A stretch of DNA of 64,000 nucleotides from the IMG/VR virus record IMGVR_UViG_3300020596_000020, positions 17,645 to 81,644 of that record; one strand, written 5' to 3'. Positions 48,229 through 58,680 of this stretch are shown here, one piece after another. The DNA is from a virus. The notes beneath the pieces were generated by a model. The model made no database searches, was not told the origin of the DNA, and saw only the letters and a list, made by a program, of their open reading frames with translations. A program made the translations under genes and the position numbers. Every line of letters starts with the position of its first letter. The first letter of the stretch is position 1.

Positions 48229-49393
48229 TCGGTGGAATAGCCTTCCCGCGGCCGTAGCGACACAAACCAAGGATGGCATTAGTCGGCGCGAAAGCACCGG
48301 TGAGTTTGTAGATCTTGTTCTTCCACGGAAAGACGATACCTTCCAACGGCGTGTTGATGCGCGAAACGTCCTTTAATTTCTGCATGTGTAGATTCGCATA
48401 ATCGATCGCGTGCTGATTTCGCGACCGTGTGACACGTACAAGGGCTTCTTTGAGCTGCTCGCGAATACGCGTCGTTTCCATGTCAGGATCAACGATCAAC
48501 GACGGTTTTACATTGCTCAAGGCGGCGACCGCGAAGTCGAAGAGCGCGAAGTCGAGAGTCGTTAGTTGTCGTGTTACCCATTCATCAGAAGTGCGTAACT
48601 TGGCAGCAACCGAAAAGGGAACACGTGCGCGCAGAACGGTCAACGACGGAGCGCCTTTGGCCTCAGACAATCGTAACGACGCTGCTTCGAGCATCGGCTC
48701 GGACATGCCATAAGCTTTCAAGTCGTCACGAGCTCGATTGATGAGCCAACTCTGCAGTGTTACTTCCGGTCGACCCATTCGTGAGACAACTGACAGGAGC
48801 TTTTGCAGCGCTACGTCGTCAGTCATCTTGTGCAAGTCGATCCTTTGAGGGCCACGAACACGCCAGTCAAACTGCTTACTACTCTCATTCATGTCATGAA
48901 TGCCAGCCTCGATCGACTTGAAGCCTTCGTTGTCATATTCTACCACGGATTGACCGTCGAAGCACAATACCGGTCGCTCATGAAGAACAAGTGTGTTGCC
49001 TTCGTACGTAACGACGTTGCGATTCTTGGTGTAGATAATCTCGGCTGAATACCACAAGCGCACATTCTCGAACACCTTGGCAACCTCGCGTAACGTAAGA
49101 CAGAGAACTGAACGGCGGAGGGTCTCGAAACCAGTCGCGAACGTGTCTTGAACGAGGCCGCGGCCTTCGAACTTCGCTTCCAGTAGCGCACCGATCATGC
49201 CTCCAGACTTGATGTCACCTTCGCTGCGTGCAGCACGAGTCTGCATCTTGGAGGTGCAGCTGTACATCAGATTTGCTCCGTCGAGCTTCTGTGTCGCACC
49301 TTGTAATGTCCCGTGTTGGATCTGAAATGCGATCGACGCAATGTCGTCAAACGTGATGTCTCTATCTTCGATCAGGTGCGATATGTGAGCCAT
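48221..49393 (-). CDS. RNA-ligase-like covalent nucleotidyltransferase (phage family of unknown function)
   Basis: Start MAHISHL; QKLDG (motif I), AEII, EGIVF (IV), YKLTG (V). Confidence 0.65.
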   Translation of the reverse strand: MAHISHLIEDRDITFDDIASIAFQIQHGTLQGATQKLDGANLMYSCTSKMQTRAARSEGDIKSGGMIGALLEAKFEGRGLVQDTFATGFETLRRSVLCLTLREVAKVFENVRLWYSAEIIYTKNRNVVTYEGNTLVLHERPVLCFDGQSVVEYDNEGFKSIEAGIHDMNESSKQFDWRVRGPQRIDLHKMTDDVALQKLLSVVSRMGRPEVTLQSWLINRARDDLKAYGMSEPMLEAASLRLSEAKGAPSLTVLRARVPFSVAAKLRTSDEWVTRQLTTLDFALFDFAVAALSNVKPSLIVDPDMETTRIREQLKEALVRVTRSRNQHAIDYANLHMQKLKDVSRINTPLEGIVFPWKNKIYKLTGAFAPTNAILGLCRYGRGKAIPPIT

Positions 49394-49394
49394 G

Positions 49395-49631
49395 TCAAGT
49401 CTCCGAAGGCTTGAAATCCTCGAGCGCTTCGGGACATTGGTAGCCGTAAGACTCCCACGCTTTTTCGCCGGGGACGTTGATGATCTTGAATCCCAGATGT
49501 TTCGCCAGCTCGTGCAGCAGGATCCTGTGATTCTCGTAGACGAGCTTGCCATCGATGTAGAGGCCGGACCAATCGTCCCCGTCAAGAACGACCACTTGTC
49601 TCTCAACTACCTTCTTGTCGGCGCGCGCCAT
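49395..49631 (-). CDS. hypothetical protein
   Basis: DDWSGLYIDGKLVYENH; 78 aa. Confidence 0.65.
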   Translation of the reverse strand: MARADKKVVERQVVVLDGDDWSGLYIDGKLVYENHRILLHELAKHLGFKIINVPGEKAWESYGYQCPEALEDFKPSET

Positions 49632-49724
49632 CAGCGTGACGTCTTCGTCTGGCGAATGGATGCAAAAACAGCGAGAGTCATAAACATCTTCATCTGCTCA
49701 GTCTACATCGACTGAAGATAGTTG

Positions 49725-50081
49725 TTAGCTCTTCATAGAAACATGAGCCAAACTGCGTGAATAGAGTTCGTCGTTAACGCAGAACCCCTTACCATCGGCG
49801 TCCTGCACATCGACGCGTGCATACCATCTACCTGCACCAGTCGTTCCTCCCGTAGGTTGGATCGTGATCATGTCGGCAGCGCGGAGCCACTCGGTCAGCT
49901 CCTTCTTTACGAGACGGGCTTCGCGACCGTTGGCACCGATGAGCTCAATCGCGTCCAAGCCAGAGAGCTGGAGATCAGTCGTGATCTCCACGTTAAAACC
50001 AAGCATTATTTTTACTCGAAGTGAATCGCCGTCGATTACCTTGATCAGTTTTGCTTCATAATGCGTTGAATGGAACGCCAT
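49725..50081 (-). CDS. staphylococcal-nuclease-like protein (degenerate)
   Basis: KVIDGDS, LGF, QLSGLDAIE (canonical RLxGID), GRW, VNDEL. Confidence 0.7.
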   Translation of the reverse strand: MAFHSTHYEAKLIKVIDGDSLRVKIMLGFNVEITTDLQLSGLDAIELIGANGREARLVKKELTEWLRAADMITIQPTGGTTGAGRWYARVDVQDADGKGFCVNDELYSRSLAHVSMKS

Positions 50082-50093
50082 TGCTTCTCTTTT

Positions 50094-50777
50094 CTAGATT
50101 TGTGCTTCTGGTTGAATGTCATTGACATCCTCAACACATACACAAGAATCTAGTTCAAGATTGTATTGTGCTGTTTCGTTAGCTTCCTTCAAGACTTTCT
50201 CAAAGACTGCGCGACGGAGCGTCTCAACGATGTTTGTGGACCAGGCGTACCCCGAGGTGTTGAGCTTCGCGACAGAGATACTCTGTTTCTGCTGAAGCTT
50301 GATTGGATGCTTCTTACTGTGCTTCATCTCGCTTGTCAATGCACAAAGCAATCTCCACTCGCCGTCGAAGAAAGCAGGCACTGTCACCAGCGAGAGATCA
50401 GCAGATGTGTACAAACGATCAGTGACTTCGCCGTGCGTCTTGTTCACGTAGGCGATCACCGTCCCACCGTTGACGCCGGCGTGATGCTGACCTGTCTTGT
50501 TCTCAACAACGATTGAGACGTTCGGGGCTTCCCAAATGCTGACAAGGAAGTCGCCGACATCTTTCATCTCGTTGAGCGTCTCCACTTTCAAAACCTCGGG
50601 CAAGGAAAGTAACGTCTCCTCCGCGATGGTCTCGTTGGCTGCGCCAAAAACACTTTGCGAGCCATGTCGCTGTATGAGCATGCGGTCTAAAGCTTTGCCG
50701 AGTCGAGCGTCGTCAACGCCGCGACTCAACAATTGAGAAGCAGTGGCATCAGTCACAATCACGTTCAAAGTTTGCAT
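50094..50777 (-). CDS. hypothetical protein
   Basis: 227 aa; TAGTCT 6 nt upstream of ATG. Confidence 0.6.
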   Translation of the reverse strand: MQTLNVIVTDATASQLLSRGVDDARLGKALDRMLIQRHGSQSVFGAANETIAEETLLSLPEVLKVETLNEMKDVGDFLVSIWEAPNVSIVVENKTGQHHAGVNGGTVIAYVNKTHGEVTDRLYTSADLSLVTVPAFFDGEWRLLCALTSEMKHSKKHPIKLQQKQSISVAKLNTSGYAWSTNIVETLRRAVFEKVLKEANETAQYNLELDSCVCVEDVNDIQPEAQI

Positions 50778-50835
50778 GCCGAAAGACTAGCCGTCTGCTC
50801 GCGAGTCACTCGAACTTGATCAAATGTTACAGCTC

Positions 50836-53376
50836 TTAGCTGCACTTTGAGAAACCACATGAAGGACAAGAGATACATCCTTCAGCGTAAACAAGATTGT
50901 CACTGCCGCACGTGCCGCAAACCTTGTCAGTCGACGACTTCGTGCCGTCCGGGATGTAGTGTTTGAGCACGCGCGACACGACCTTAGCGAAGCTCTGCAT
51001 GTCCTCGTCCTTCGACTTCGACAGCTGCTCACAGACGAACTGAAGCGGGACACCATGGCGCAGTGACATCGAGATAACGCGTGTGAAGGCGCTGTACATC
51101 TGGTTGTCGAACAGGTTCGCGACGTCCTTGAATGTCATCTCATCGTCGTCGCCGTACGGGACGACGAGATTGTACGTGGACAGACCATCCTTCTTCCCGT
51201 TCTTAATGAGCTTGCCCTCCTTGATTCGCTTCGGCAACGCGACCTTGTCAGACAACCCGCAGAATACCTCGTAGGGTTTCCCCTCGAGCAAACTGACGAG
51301 CACGAGGTACTGTTCACCCTTCACCGTCGCTCGCACGACGTCGCATTGCAGCTCCTTCGGACGCTTGGGTGCGTGACGCTCAGCAATGGTCGTTACCGGC
51401 GTCTCAACAGCCTCGTTGGCCTTCTTCTCGTCAGCAGCGATGAGCACGCCAGATCGGCAACCGTCACGGTAGACGGTCACGCCCTTGATGCCGAGCTTCC
51501 ACGACTTCAGATAGACCTCGGAGATGAGCTCCTCGGTCGCGTTCGCCGGAAGGTTGATCGTCTTCGAGATGGAGTGTTCGGTCCACTTTTGGGCGGCTGC
51601 GAGCAGATCGACGGACGCGATCCAGTCAACGTCAGCGCTGGTCGCCTTGTGATAAGGCGACTTCGTGATGTCTGTCTCGTCGGTGGCGTCCATCCACAGC
51701 TTCACGCCATGATGATACACGTCGTACTCCTGCCATTTGTCGCCAAGCGCGTCGACGAAGTCAACAACCGCTCCGTTATCGATCTCGGTCTGCACGAGCT
51801 TCTTGCGTCGCTTGTAGTGCAGCAAGAAGGCTGGCTCGATGCCGCTGGTCGTCTGCGTGAGCGTTGACACGCTGCCAGCCGGAGCCGTCGTCGTGAGCGC
51901 GATGTTACGTCGACCGTGCTTCTCGAAGAGCGCGTTGATCTCCGGCGTGGAAGCCTTCGCGAGGCGTGCGGCGAACAGATTGTCCTTGTAGCGTCCGAGC
52001 TCCCAAGCTGGGAACGCGCCGCGCTCGACAGCCATGTTCACGCTGCTCTCGTGTGTCTTCACGCCGAGCGTCTGGTAGATGAGCTCGGTCGCATCGATCG
52101 AAGCCTTGTCGCCGTAGATCACGCCCATCGCAGCGAGAGCGTCGCCTAGAGCGGTGATGCCGGTGCCGGTGCGACGGCCGTTGCTGCAAGCCTCACGAAC
52201 CTTCGTCCACAGGTTGAGCTCGCGAATCTTCTCGAACTCCGACTCAGGGTCCTCGAGGATCTTGGCAATGATGCGGTCAACAGCCTCGAGCTCAAGGTCA
52301 ACGAGGTCGTCCATCAAGCGTTGCGCTTTGACGACGTGGTTCGCGAACAGATCCAGGTCGAAGGAAGCGTTTGACTTGAACGGGTTCTTAACGTACGAAA
52401 TGAGGTTGAGCAGCAGCAAGCGACACGAGTCGTAGGCGCTGAGAGGGAGCTCAGAACATGGGTTCGTACAGATCGTCTCGAAGCCTTTGTCGGCGAACTC
52501 GTCGGCCATCGACCACTTCGTGACGGTATCCCAGTAGAGCACTCCGGGCTCGGCAGCGACCCAAGCCGCGTGCATCATCTTCTTCCACAAGCTTCGAGCC
52601 GTCACCGTCTTTGTGAACTTCGCTGCCAAGCGATCGGTTTTGACGGGCCACCGTAGCGTGAACTCGCTGTCAGCCTCAACGGCGTTCATGAACTCGTCAG
52701 TGACACGCACCGACACGTTCGCGCCTGTCACCTTTGTGAGCTCGCCGTGCTTGTCGCGCTCCTGCTTGATCTCGATGAACCTCTCAACGTCAGGGTGGTT
52801 GATGCTCACCGTTTCCATCAACGCGCCGCGACGTCCGCCTTGCGCCACCTCGCGTGTCGTGTTGGAGTAACGCTCCATGAAGATGCCAAGCCCGTCGCTC
52901 GAGCCAGCGGCGTTCGCGACGGTCATGGTGCGAGGCCGGATGTTGCTGAGGTCAACTCCACATCCACCACGGCGCTTCTGAACCTGCAGGATCTCCTCGT
53001 CGGCGCGAGCGATCGAGCCGTACGAGTCGAGCGGAGACGCGACGACAAAGCAGTTGGACAGCGACTGCACCTGCGTCGGATTCCCCACAGCGCTCATCGG
53101 AGAGCCTTGCGGCACAATGTACTTGAAACCCTCGAGCAGCTCGAAGATCTCGTTTGCGCTCATCGGTGCGGGGTACTTCGCCTCGATACGAGCGAACTCC
53201 TTTGCGAGACGCCAATGCATATCATGCGGTGTCTTTTCTTTCAGATCTCCATTACCGTCTCGAAGCGCGTACTTCGTTATGAACACGGTTGCAGCGAGTT
53301 CGTCGCCCTTGAAGTACTTGGTGGAGGCTGCGATAGCCTCCTCATGGGTGAAAAGCTTCACGTTTTTATCTTGCAT
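50836..53376 (-). CDS. nrdJ: class II (B12-dependent) ribonucleotide reductase
   Basis: SLSNCFV, RRGGCG, RRGALM, TNPCSELPL, APAGS, TVYRDG, C-terminal CxxC/CxxC/KC. Confidence 0.92.
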   Translation of the reverse strand: MQDKNVKLFTHEEAIAASTKYFKGDELAATVFITKYALRDGNGDLKEKTPHDMHWRLAKEFARIEAKYPAPMSANEIFELLEGFKYIVPQGSPMSAVGNPTQVQSLSNCFVVASPLDSYGSIARADEEILQVQKRRGGCGVDLSNIRPRTMTVANAAGSSDGLGIFMERYSNTTREVAQGGRRGALMETVSINHPDVERFIEIKQERDKHGELTKVTGANVSVRVTDEFMNAVEADSEFTLRWPVKTDRLAAKFTKTVTARSLWKKMMHAAWVAAEPGVLYWDTVTKWSMADEFADKGFETICTNPCSELPLSAYDSCRLLLLNLISYVKNPFKSNASFDLDLFANHVVKAQRLMDDLVDLELEAVDRIIAKILEDPESEFEKIRELNLWTKVREACSNGRRTGTGITALGDALAAMGVIYGDKASIDATELIYQTLGVKTHESSVNMAVERGAFPAWELGRYKDNLFAARLAKASTPEINALFEKHGRRNIALTTTAPAGSVSTLTQTTSGIEPAFLLHYKRRKKLVQTEIDNGAVVDFVDALGDKWQEYDVYHHGVKLWMDATDETDITKSPYHKATSADVDWIASVDLLAAAQKWTEHSISKTINLPANATEELISEVYLKSWKLGIKGVTVYRDGCRSGVLIAADEKKANEAVETPVTTIAERHAPKRPKELQCDVVRATVKGEQYLVLVSLLEGKPYEVFCGLSDKVALPKRIKEGKLIKNGKKDGLSTYNLVVPYGDDDEMTFKDVANLFDNQMYSAFTRVISMSLRHGVPLQFVCEQLSKSKDEDMQSFAKVVSRVLKHYIPDGTKSSTDKVCGTCGSDNLVYAEGCISCPSCGFSKCS

Positions 53377-53416
53377 GGTTCCTGGAAGAGCAGCCAGATG
53401 CTAAGCTATGTGTCGA

Positions 53417-54880
53417 CTAGCCGACCTTCTTGAGATTGAGTCCGTCATTGTTGAACTTGGCAAAACGATCTTTCAACTTCTGTCTGACGTCCTGATCAGC
53501 AGCAGCTTGACATTCGTCTGGTGTGGTGGTTTCGCCACAGATGACGAGCTTGCTTCGCGCTGTGTCAATCATGACTGGGAAGACGAGACCGTCGAGACCG
53601 TTTCGGTTCTTGGCAACGTAGAGACGACCAAGACCACTTACCTTCTCACCAGCGCGCCGTGAGAGTGTGACGATGAAGTCGGCGATGAAGGCTTTCGCGT
53701 AAGCTTCGGACATGTTACTCATGTCAACAACCTCTGCGGTAGATCCTTCCTTGTTACTTTGCGACGCGGTCCACAGTGCCACATTGCGTTCGGCAGCGAA
53801 GGCTCGAAGCTCCTCATAGATGAGCTTGAGCTCCATGCGCGGGAGGTCGTACTGTCGCGACGAACGCATGATATCTGCGTAATCGACACAGATGACATCG
53901 GGCACGAAACCCTTGAGAGCAAGCTTCTCAACATGAGCGCGAAGTGTCTGAACGGTTGGCTCATTCGTGGGGAAATACTTGATCTTGAGCTTGCCAAGCT
54001 TGTGCTCGGAGTAGAATTTCGCGACGTCATCCTTACAGGTCATGATGTCGTTTGAATCGATGTCAGTGAAGTTCGAGTCGAAGCGGATGCCGACCTTCGC
54101 CTCTGAGAGCTCGAATGAGTAGTACAAGACGTTGAAGCCCTGACGCATCGCGTTGGCGCCGATGTACGCGAGGAAGTGGCTCTTGCCAACGCCGGTCGGC
54201 GCGATCATGACGTGGAGCTCACCGCGACCCGATCCACCGTTGAGGATCTTCAGCGTGTCCAACTCCGGCAGACCAGTGGCGATCGTGGCGCGCTTCAGGC
54301 CGACGTAACGTGCCTCCACGTCCTCGAACAGATCGTGTCCAAGCGACGATGCGGTACCAGCAGAGACAGCCCTCTTGATGGTGTCAACGATGGCTTCGTA
54401 GTTCTCGGTCTCGATGAGATCAACCGTTTTCTCGAGTGCACGCTTAAGAGATTGGCGACGACAGAAGTCGAGCGCCTTCTCCTTGACAAGCGGAAGGTCG
54501 CCCATGTCAGGAGCCTCTCGAAGACCCTTCAGATACCCGACGACCTGCTCACGCAGGGCGAGGTCGTTGCCCTGCTTCAGCTCGTCCTTGACGATGGTGA
54601 CGAGCAACTGGAGCGACGGATACGTCTTGTACTTCCGCGCGTACGCGAGGTACCGGTCGGAGAGGAAGTGAAGATACTTGAGATCGAAGTACCCAGGCTC
54701 CAACACCTCTGAGACTTGCTCTGCCCACACCGGATCACACAGGAGAGCCTGCACGACCTTCTTCTGAAAATGCTGCCCGTACTGTCCGAACGTCACCGCG
54801 CTCGGCGCGCTATCGGCCGTTATCTCGCTCAATTGTGTCTCCTTCAGGCTCGTTTGGTCAGCGGCATAAACGCGCTGCAA
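53417..54880 (-). CDS. dnaB: replicative DnaB/T4 gp41-like helicase
   Basis: APTGVGKS, SFEL, VDYAD, TASQSN, AKNRNG. Confidence 0.9.
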   Translation of the reverse strand: MQRVYAADQTSLKETQLSEITADSAPSAVTFGQYGQHFQKKVVQALLCDPVWAEQVSEVLEPGYFDLKYLHFLSDRYLAYARKYKTYPSLQLLVTIVKDELKQGNDLALREQVVGYLKGLREAPDMGDLPLVKEKALDFCRRQSLKRALEKTVDLIETENYEAIVDTIKRAVSAGTASSLGHDLFEDVEARYVGLKRATIATGLPELDTLKILNGGSGRGELHVMIAPTGVGKSHFLAYIGANAMRQGFNVLYYSFELSEAKVGIRFDSNFTDIDSNDIMTCKDDVAKFYSEHKLGKLKIKYFPTNEPTVQTLRAHVEKLALKGFVPDVICVDYADIMRSSRQYDLPRMELKLIYEELRAFAAERNVALWTASQSNKEGSTAEVVDMSNMSEAYAKAFIADFIVTLSRRAGEKVSGLGRLYVAKNRNGLDGLVFPVMIDTARSKLVICGETTTPDECQAAADQDVRQKLKDRFAKFNNDGLNLKKVG

Positions 54881-55812
54881 AAGTCGTGCGGGTTCTCAAT
54901 CGTCCGCACTCCGACCTCGATGAGGTCGCGCATGAACGATAGCATGTCAATCTTGGGAGAATGCTCTGCAAGAATGGTATCGGTGCGAGCTGCCTGATCG
55001 TGCGTAAGCGTTGAACCTCCCAGGTAAACGAGGCGCCAGTTGGTCCGGATCAACTGCTCGTTCTGGACAACGTTCATCATCACCTTGGCCTCGTTGCGCC
55101 GCACATTCGCGTACTCGATGACCTGGTCGATGGTGATTTCCGCATCCGAGATGAGTAGAGGGATCCGTTGCACAAGTGTCTTGAAGCCGAGCCCTTTGAC
55201 GCCGGGAATGTTGTCGGACTTGTCACCACACAACGCCTTCGCCAGGGCGAAGTTGTGCGCCTGGATCCCGAAGAACTCCTTCTTAACGTCCTCCATCGTG
55301 TGAAGACGTTTCGACTGCGGCGAGTAGATGCTCGTCTTCTCGTCGAGCAGCTGATAGAAGTCCTTGTCGTTCGACAGAATAATCTTCTTCCGATCCTTGA
55401 ACTGGTTGCGGTGCAGATGAGCGATAACGTCGTCGCCTTCACAGTCCGACACGTAGACCTGACAGACGGGGAAGCGCTTGAGCATTCGCGCGAGGATCGC
55501 CATCTGCCAGACGCGATTGTCTTCGGTATCCGGGATGTCATCCTCGTAGAAGCGGTTGAGACGCTCAGGCTTGCGGTTCGCCTTGTACTCAGAGTAGATG
55601 GCACGTCGCTTCGTCGATCCGCCACCCTCCCACGCGATGATCACTTGAGCTGGAGAAAGATCGTAAACGAGACGACGAAGGGTTTTGAGAGAACCGATCG
55701 CGCCTCCGATTTGCTGACCGTTCGTGGTCATGTCCGGATTTACGACGTAGTGCCTTGTGAAGAGATTGGCCATGTCGACCAGTAAAATTGGAAGAGTTTC
55801 TTGTACTTGCAT
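54844..55812 (-). CDS. 5'-3' exonuclease / flap endonuclease (second copy)
   Basis: LLVDMANL, EYKANR, EGDDVIA, SNDKDFYQL, GDKSDNIPGVKGLG. Confidence 0.93.
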   Translation of the reverse strand: MQVQETLPILLVDMANLFTRHYVVNPDMTTNGQQIGGAIGSLKTLRRLVYDLSPAQVIIAWEGGGSTKRRAIYSEYKANRKPERLNRFYEDDIPDTEDNRVWQMAILARMLKRFPVCQVYVSDCEGDDVIAHLHRNQFKDRKKIILSNDKDFYQLLDEKTSIYSPQSKRLHTMEDVKKEFFGIQAHNFALAKALCGDKSDNIPGVKGLGFKTLVQRIPLLISDAEITIDQVIEYANVRRNEAKVMMNVVQNEQLIRTNWRLVYLGGSTLTHDQAARTDTILAEHSPKIDMLSFMRDLIEVGVRTIENPHDFCSAFMPLTKRA

Positions 55813-55835
55813 TTGTTAGTATCTACTTAGTCCTG

Positions 55836-56828
55836 ATGCGACACAAGAACTTCAGAGTCCTCGACCAATCGATCATCGACGCGATGTGCGCACGATATCG
55901 CACTGGCTTTAGTATAACTGACTTGGCAGCCGAGTTCTGTCTCGGTCGGAACAAGGTAATCAAAACATTGAAGGAGGCGCTCGGCATCGAGTACGCCGCA
56001 TGTGCGCGTCTGGCACGTGCTTCTGTCGGTCAGAAGGTGGCTCCCAAGCTTCGTGGTCGAAAGAATCCTCATACCGACGAATGGAACGCAAAAATCGCTG
56101 CCTCACACATCGGTAAAACACATTCCGAAGATACAAAAGCGCTTATCTCTCAGCGTGGCAAAGAACGCGAGCTCAACCCGGAGTGGCAAGCGCGGAAGAG
56201 CGAAATATACGCGAAGATCGTCGCGACGAAGCGCGCGAACGGTTACTTCGAGGAACACAGTAAGCGTCACTCGGAATGGATGATCGTGAACGCGCCGATG
56301 CGAGGCAAGAAGATGTCTGCCGAAACACGCGCGATAATGAGCGCTAGTAAACATGAGCTCATGGCCAAGGGTTGGAAACCTACTATGCCGGAGGTGACTC
56401 CGGAAACGCGTCGCGCATTCAGCGAAAATACCAAGCGAATGTGGCGAGAAGGTAAGTTCACTTACGGTGGCGGGGCGGTCATGCGCAGCAAGCTCGAGAA
56501 GCGAGTGTATGCCGACGTCCTCGCATGTCACCCCGACGCGACTCATTCATATCCTCTCGTCAGCAGTGATCGAACCTACTGCTACGACATCCACGTCCCG
56601 TCGCTCAACCTGCTCATCGAGGTGAACGGCGACTTCTGGCATTGCAACCCTCGCCTGATGTCGGATGAGGATTGGAAACAAGTTAGAGACGTGGATGTCG
56701 TTCGTTCGAAGGATGCAGACAAGGCTTGCGTAGCCATCGAGAGCGGTTACGTCTTTGTCACGCTGTGGGAGATGGATCTCGTGGGGATCAACGCGTCGAC
56801 TTTGCTACTCAGCGAGAGGCATCGCTAA
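55836..56828 (+). mobile_element. free-standing homing endonuclease (HTH/NUMOD3 + Vsr/DUF559-like nuclease)
   Basis: Start ATG 55836; GKTHSEDTK and GKKMSAETR NUMOD3 repeats; YDI..LLIEVNGDFWH..LWE. Confidence 0.8.
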
Positions 56829-56974
56829 CACTTCTTCAAGAGATAAGTTGCACACATCATCATCATGAGCAGATTCAATGAAGGCAACAAGTACTTCATC
56901 ACCTTCAACGGACAACACCTGAATCAGTGGACCATACGGGATTCGTCTTACGCTTCCGATTAATTCTTGGCGAC

Positions 56975-57433
56975 TCATCGCCCTGTCGATCCGAAGCCGT
57001 CAGCACCGCGAGTGCTCGCTTCAATCTCATCACACTCCTCGACCTCAACGTACGACCACAGATGATTGAACGCGGCCGGGTAGATTACGATCTGCGCGAT
57101 CTTATCGCTAGCCTTGGCGACAAAGTCAGTGTCACTCGAGTTGAACAGGATGACGTGAAACACGCCACGATACGACGGGTCGATGATGCCGCCGTGACTG
57201 AAGATTCCTTTCAGAGCCATACTTGAGCGGTCTTCCATTTTGAGAAAGGTGGCGCCGAGACCAGACTCAGGCGACTTCGCGAGCATCAGGCCTGTGGAGA
57301 CCTTGACGGTCTTTCCGGCTGGGATCACGAAGTCGTCGATGCATCGGACGTCGAGACCAACGTCTCCCTTCCGTTGGGTCGGGAGTGTTGCGCGAGGATC
57401 AGCTTTTTTGAAGAACAGGCGAGTGAGGCTCAT
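56975..57433 (-). CDS. dut: dUTPase (trimeric)
   Basis: GLDV, RSS, GIIDPSYRG, KIAQ, RGADGFGSTG. Confidence 0.95.
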   Translation of the reverse strand: MSLTRLFFKKADPRATLPTQRKGDVGLDVRCIDDFVIPAGKTVKVSTGLMLAKSPESGLGATFLKMEDRSSMALKGIFSHGGIIDPSYRGVFHVILFNSSDTDFVAKASDKIAQIVIYPAAFNHLWSYVEVEECDEIEASTRGADGFGSTGR

Positions 57434-57447
57434 GCCCTTCTTTTAGC

Positions 57448-58668
57448 TCACTTGGGGGCGGGCTTGACCGTCTCGAGCTCAACGTATGCATTCTCATCGA
57501 CGTCTGTGTCGTACTGGTCAGTCTTCGCCTGCTCGGGCGTCTTCACGAGAGCCGCGTCGATGATGTCGGCGATGATCGTCTTGTACGTCGGATCGCGCAT
57601 GAGGTCGCCGAAGTCTGTCTTGTAAAACTTCTTCTCCGTAATGACTTCACCCGTCTTCGCGTCAACAACAGTGAGATCTTTCCACGAGCCGGTGCCGGAG
57701 ATCGACAGCAACTTGCCGTTCTTCTCGATCTTATTCTTGTCGCAGTACTCGCGTAGAACATCGAAGAGCTCCTCGTGTTCTACGATGCCCTTCCCGAAAT
57801 GGATCTGGAAGTGGATCTTGCGGAATGGCGCGGCAACCTTGTTTTTGACAACCGACGCGATGACGTTGATGCCGATGAGCTCGTCGTTCTTGTTTTTGAT
57901 GCGAGTGCCACCTGTGAGCGAGATGCGCGTCGAGGCATGAAACGGCAGAGACAAGCCTCCCGGGGTTGTCATCGGGTCGCCAAACATGACGCCGATCTTC
58001 GTACGGATCTGGTTGAGGCAAACGAGAGTGATGTTCTGGTTGCCGATGAGCTGTGTGATCTTGCGGAAGCCCTTGCTGAGCTGACGAGCCTGCAAGCCGA
58101 TGCTCTCTTGAGTGTACTCGGCTTCAAGCTCCGCCTTGGCGGGCGTGGCGGCGACAGAGTCCCAAATGATCACGACGGGCACGTCCTTGTTGGCAGTCTT
58201 CGTCTTGGTGATGATGGAGTCCATAACTTGGAACGTATCCTCGACACATCCGGTCTCGACGTAGATGAACCGTTTGGTAACGTCCACGCCAAGCGCACGC
58301 AGGTTCTCAGGGTTGACGGCGTTCTCAGTGTCGATATAAACGGCAATGCCACCCATACGCTGACAGGCTCGGCAAATCTGCGCCGCGATGTGAGACTTGC
58401 CAATGCTCGGCTGCCCGTAGATCTCAATGATGCGACCCTCGGGGAGGCCTCCGCCCTTCTTGTTGGCGACGGCGTAGTCAAGCTGAACGCTTCCGGTCGA
58501 CACCCAACGTTTGACGTGTGTCGGCGACAGGTCTGTCCCGAGGTTCCACGCCACACGGGTCTGATGCTCGCGATTCAGATCCTTGATGAGGTCCTGGACG
58601 AAGTCGTCGCCGAGACCTTTTTGCGCGGCCGGAGCTGCGTCTTCTGCCTTCTTCTTCGTTGTGCTCAT
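57448..58668 (-). CDS. recA: RecA/UvsX recombinase
   Basis: Start MSTTKK at 58668; STGSVQLD, GRIIEIYGQPSIGKS, IDTE, WDSVAA, NQIR, TPGG, KNKV. Confidence 0.95.
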   Translation of the reverse strand: MSTTKKKAEDAAPAAQKGLGDDFVQDLIKDLNREHQTRVAWNLGTDLSPTHVKRWVSTGSVQLDYAVANKKGGGLPEGRIIEIYGQPSIGKSHIAAQICRACQRMGGIAVYIDTENAVNPENLRALGVDVTKRFIYVETGCVEDTFQVMDSIITKTKTANKDVPVVIIWDSVAATPAKAELEAEYTQESIGLQARQLSKGFRKITQLIGNQNITLVCLNQIRTKIGVMFGDPMTTPGGLSLPFHASTRISLTGGTRIKNKNDELIGINVIASVVKNKVAAPFRKIHFQIHFGKGIVEHEELFDVLREYCDKNKIEKNGKLLSISGTGSWKDLTVVDAKTGEVITEKKFYKTDFGDLMRDPTYKTIIADIIDAALVKTPEQAKTDQYDTDVDENAYVELETVKPAPK

Positions 58669-58680
58669 CTTTCTCTTTCT

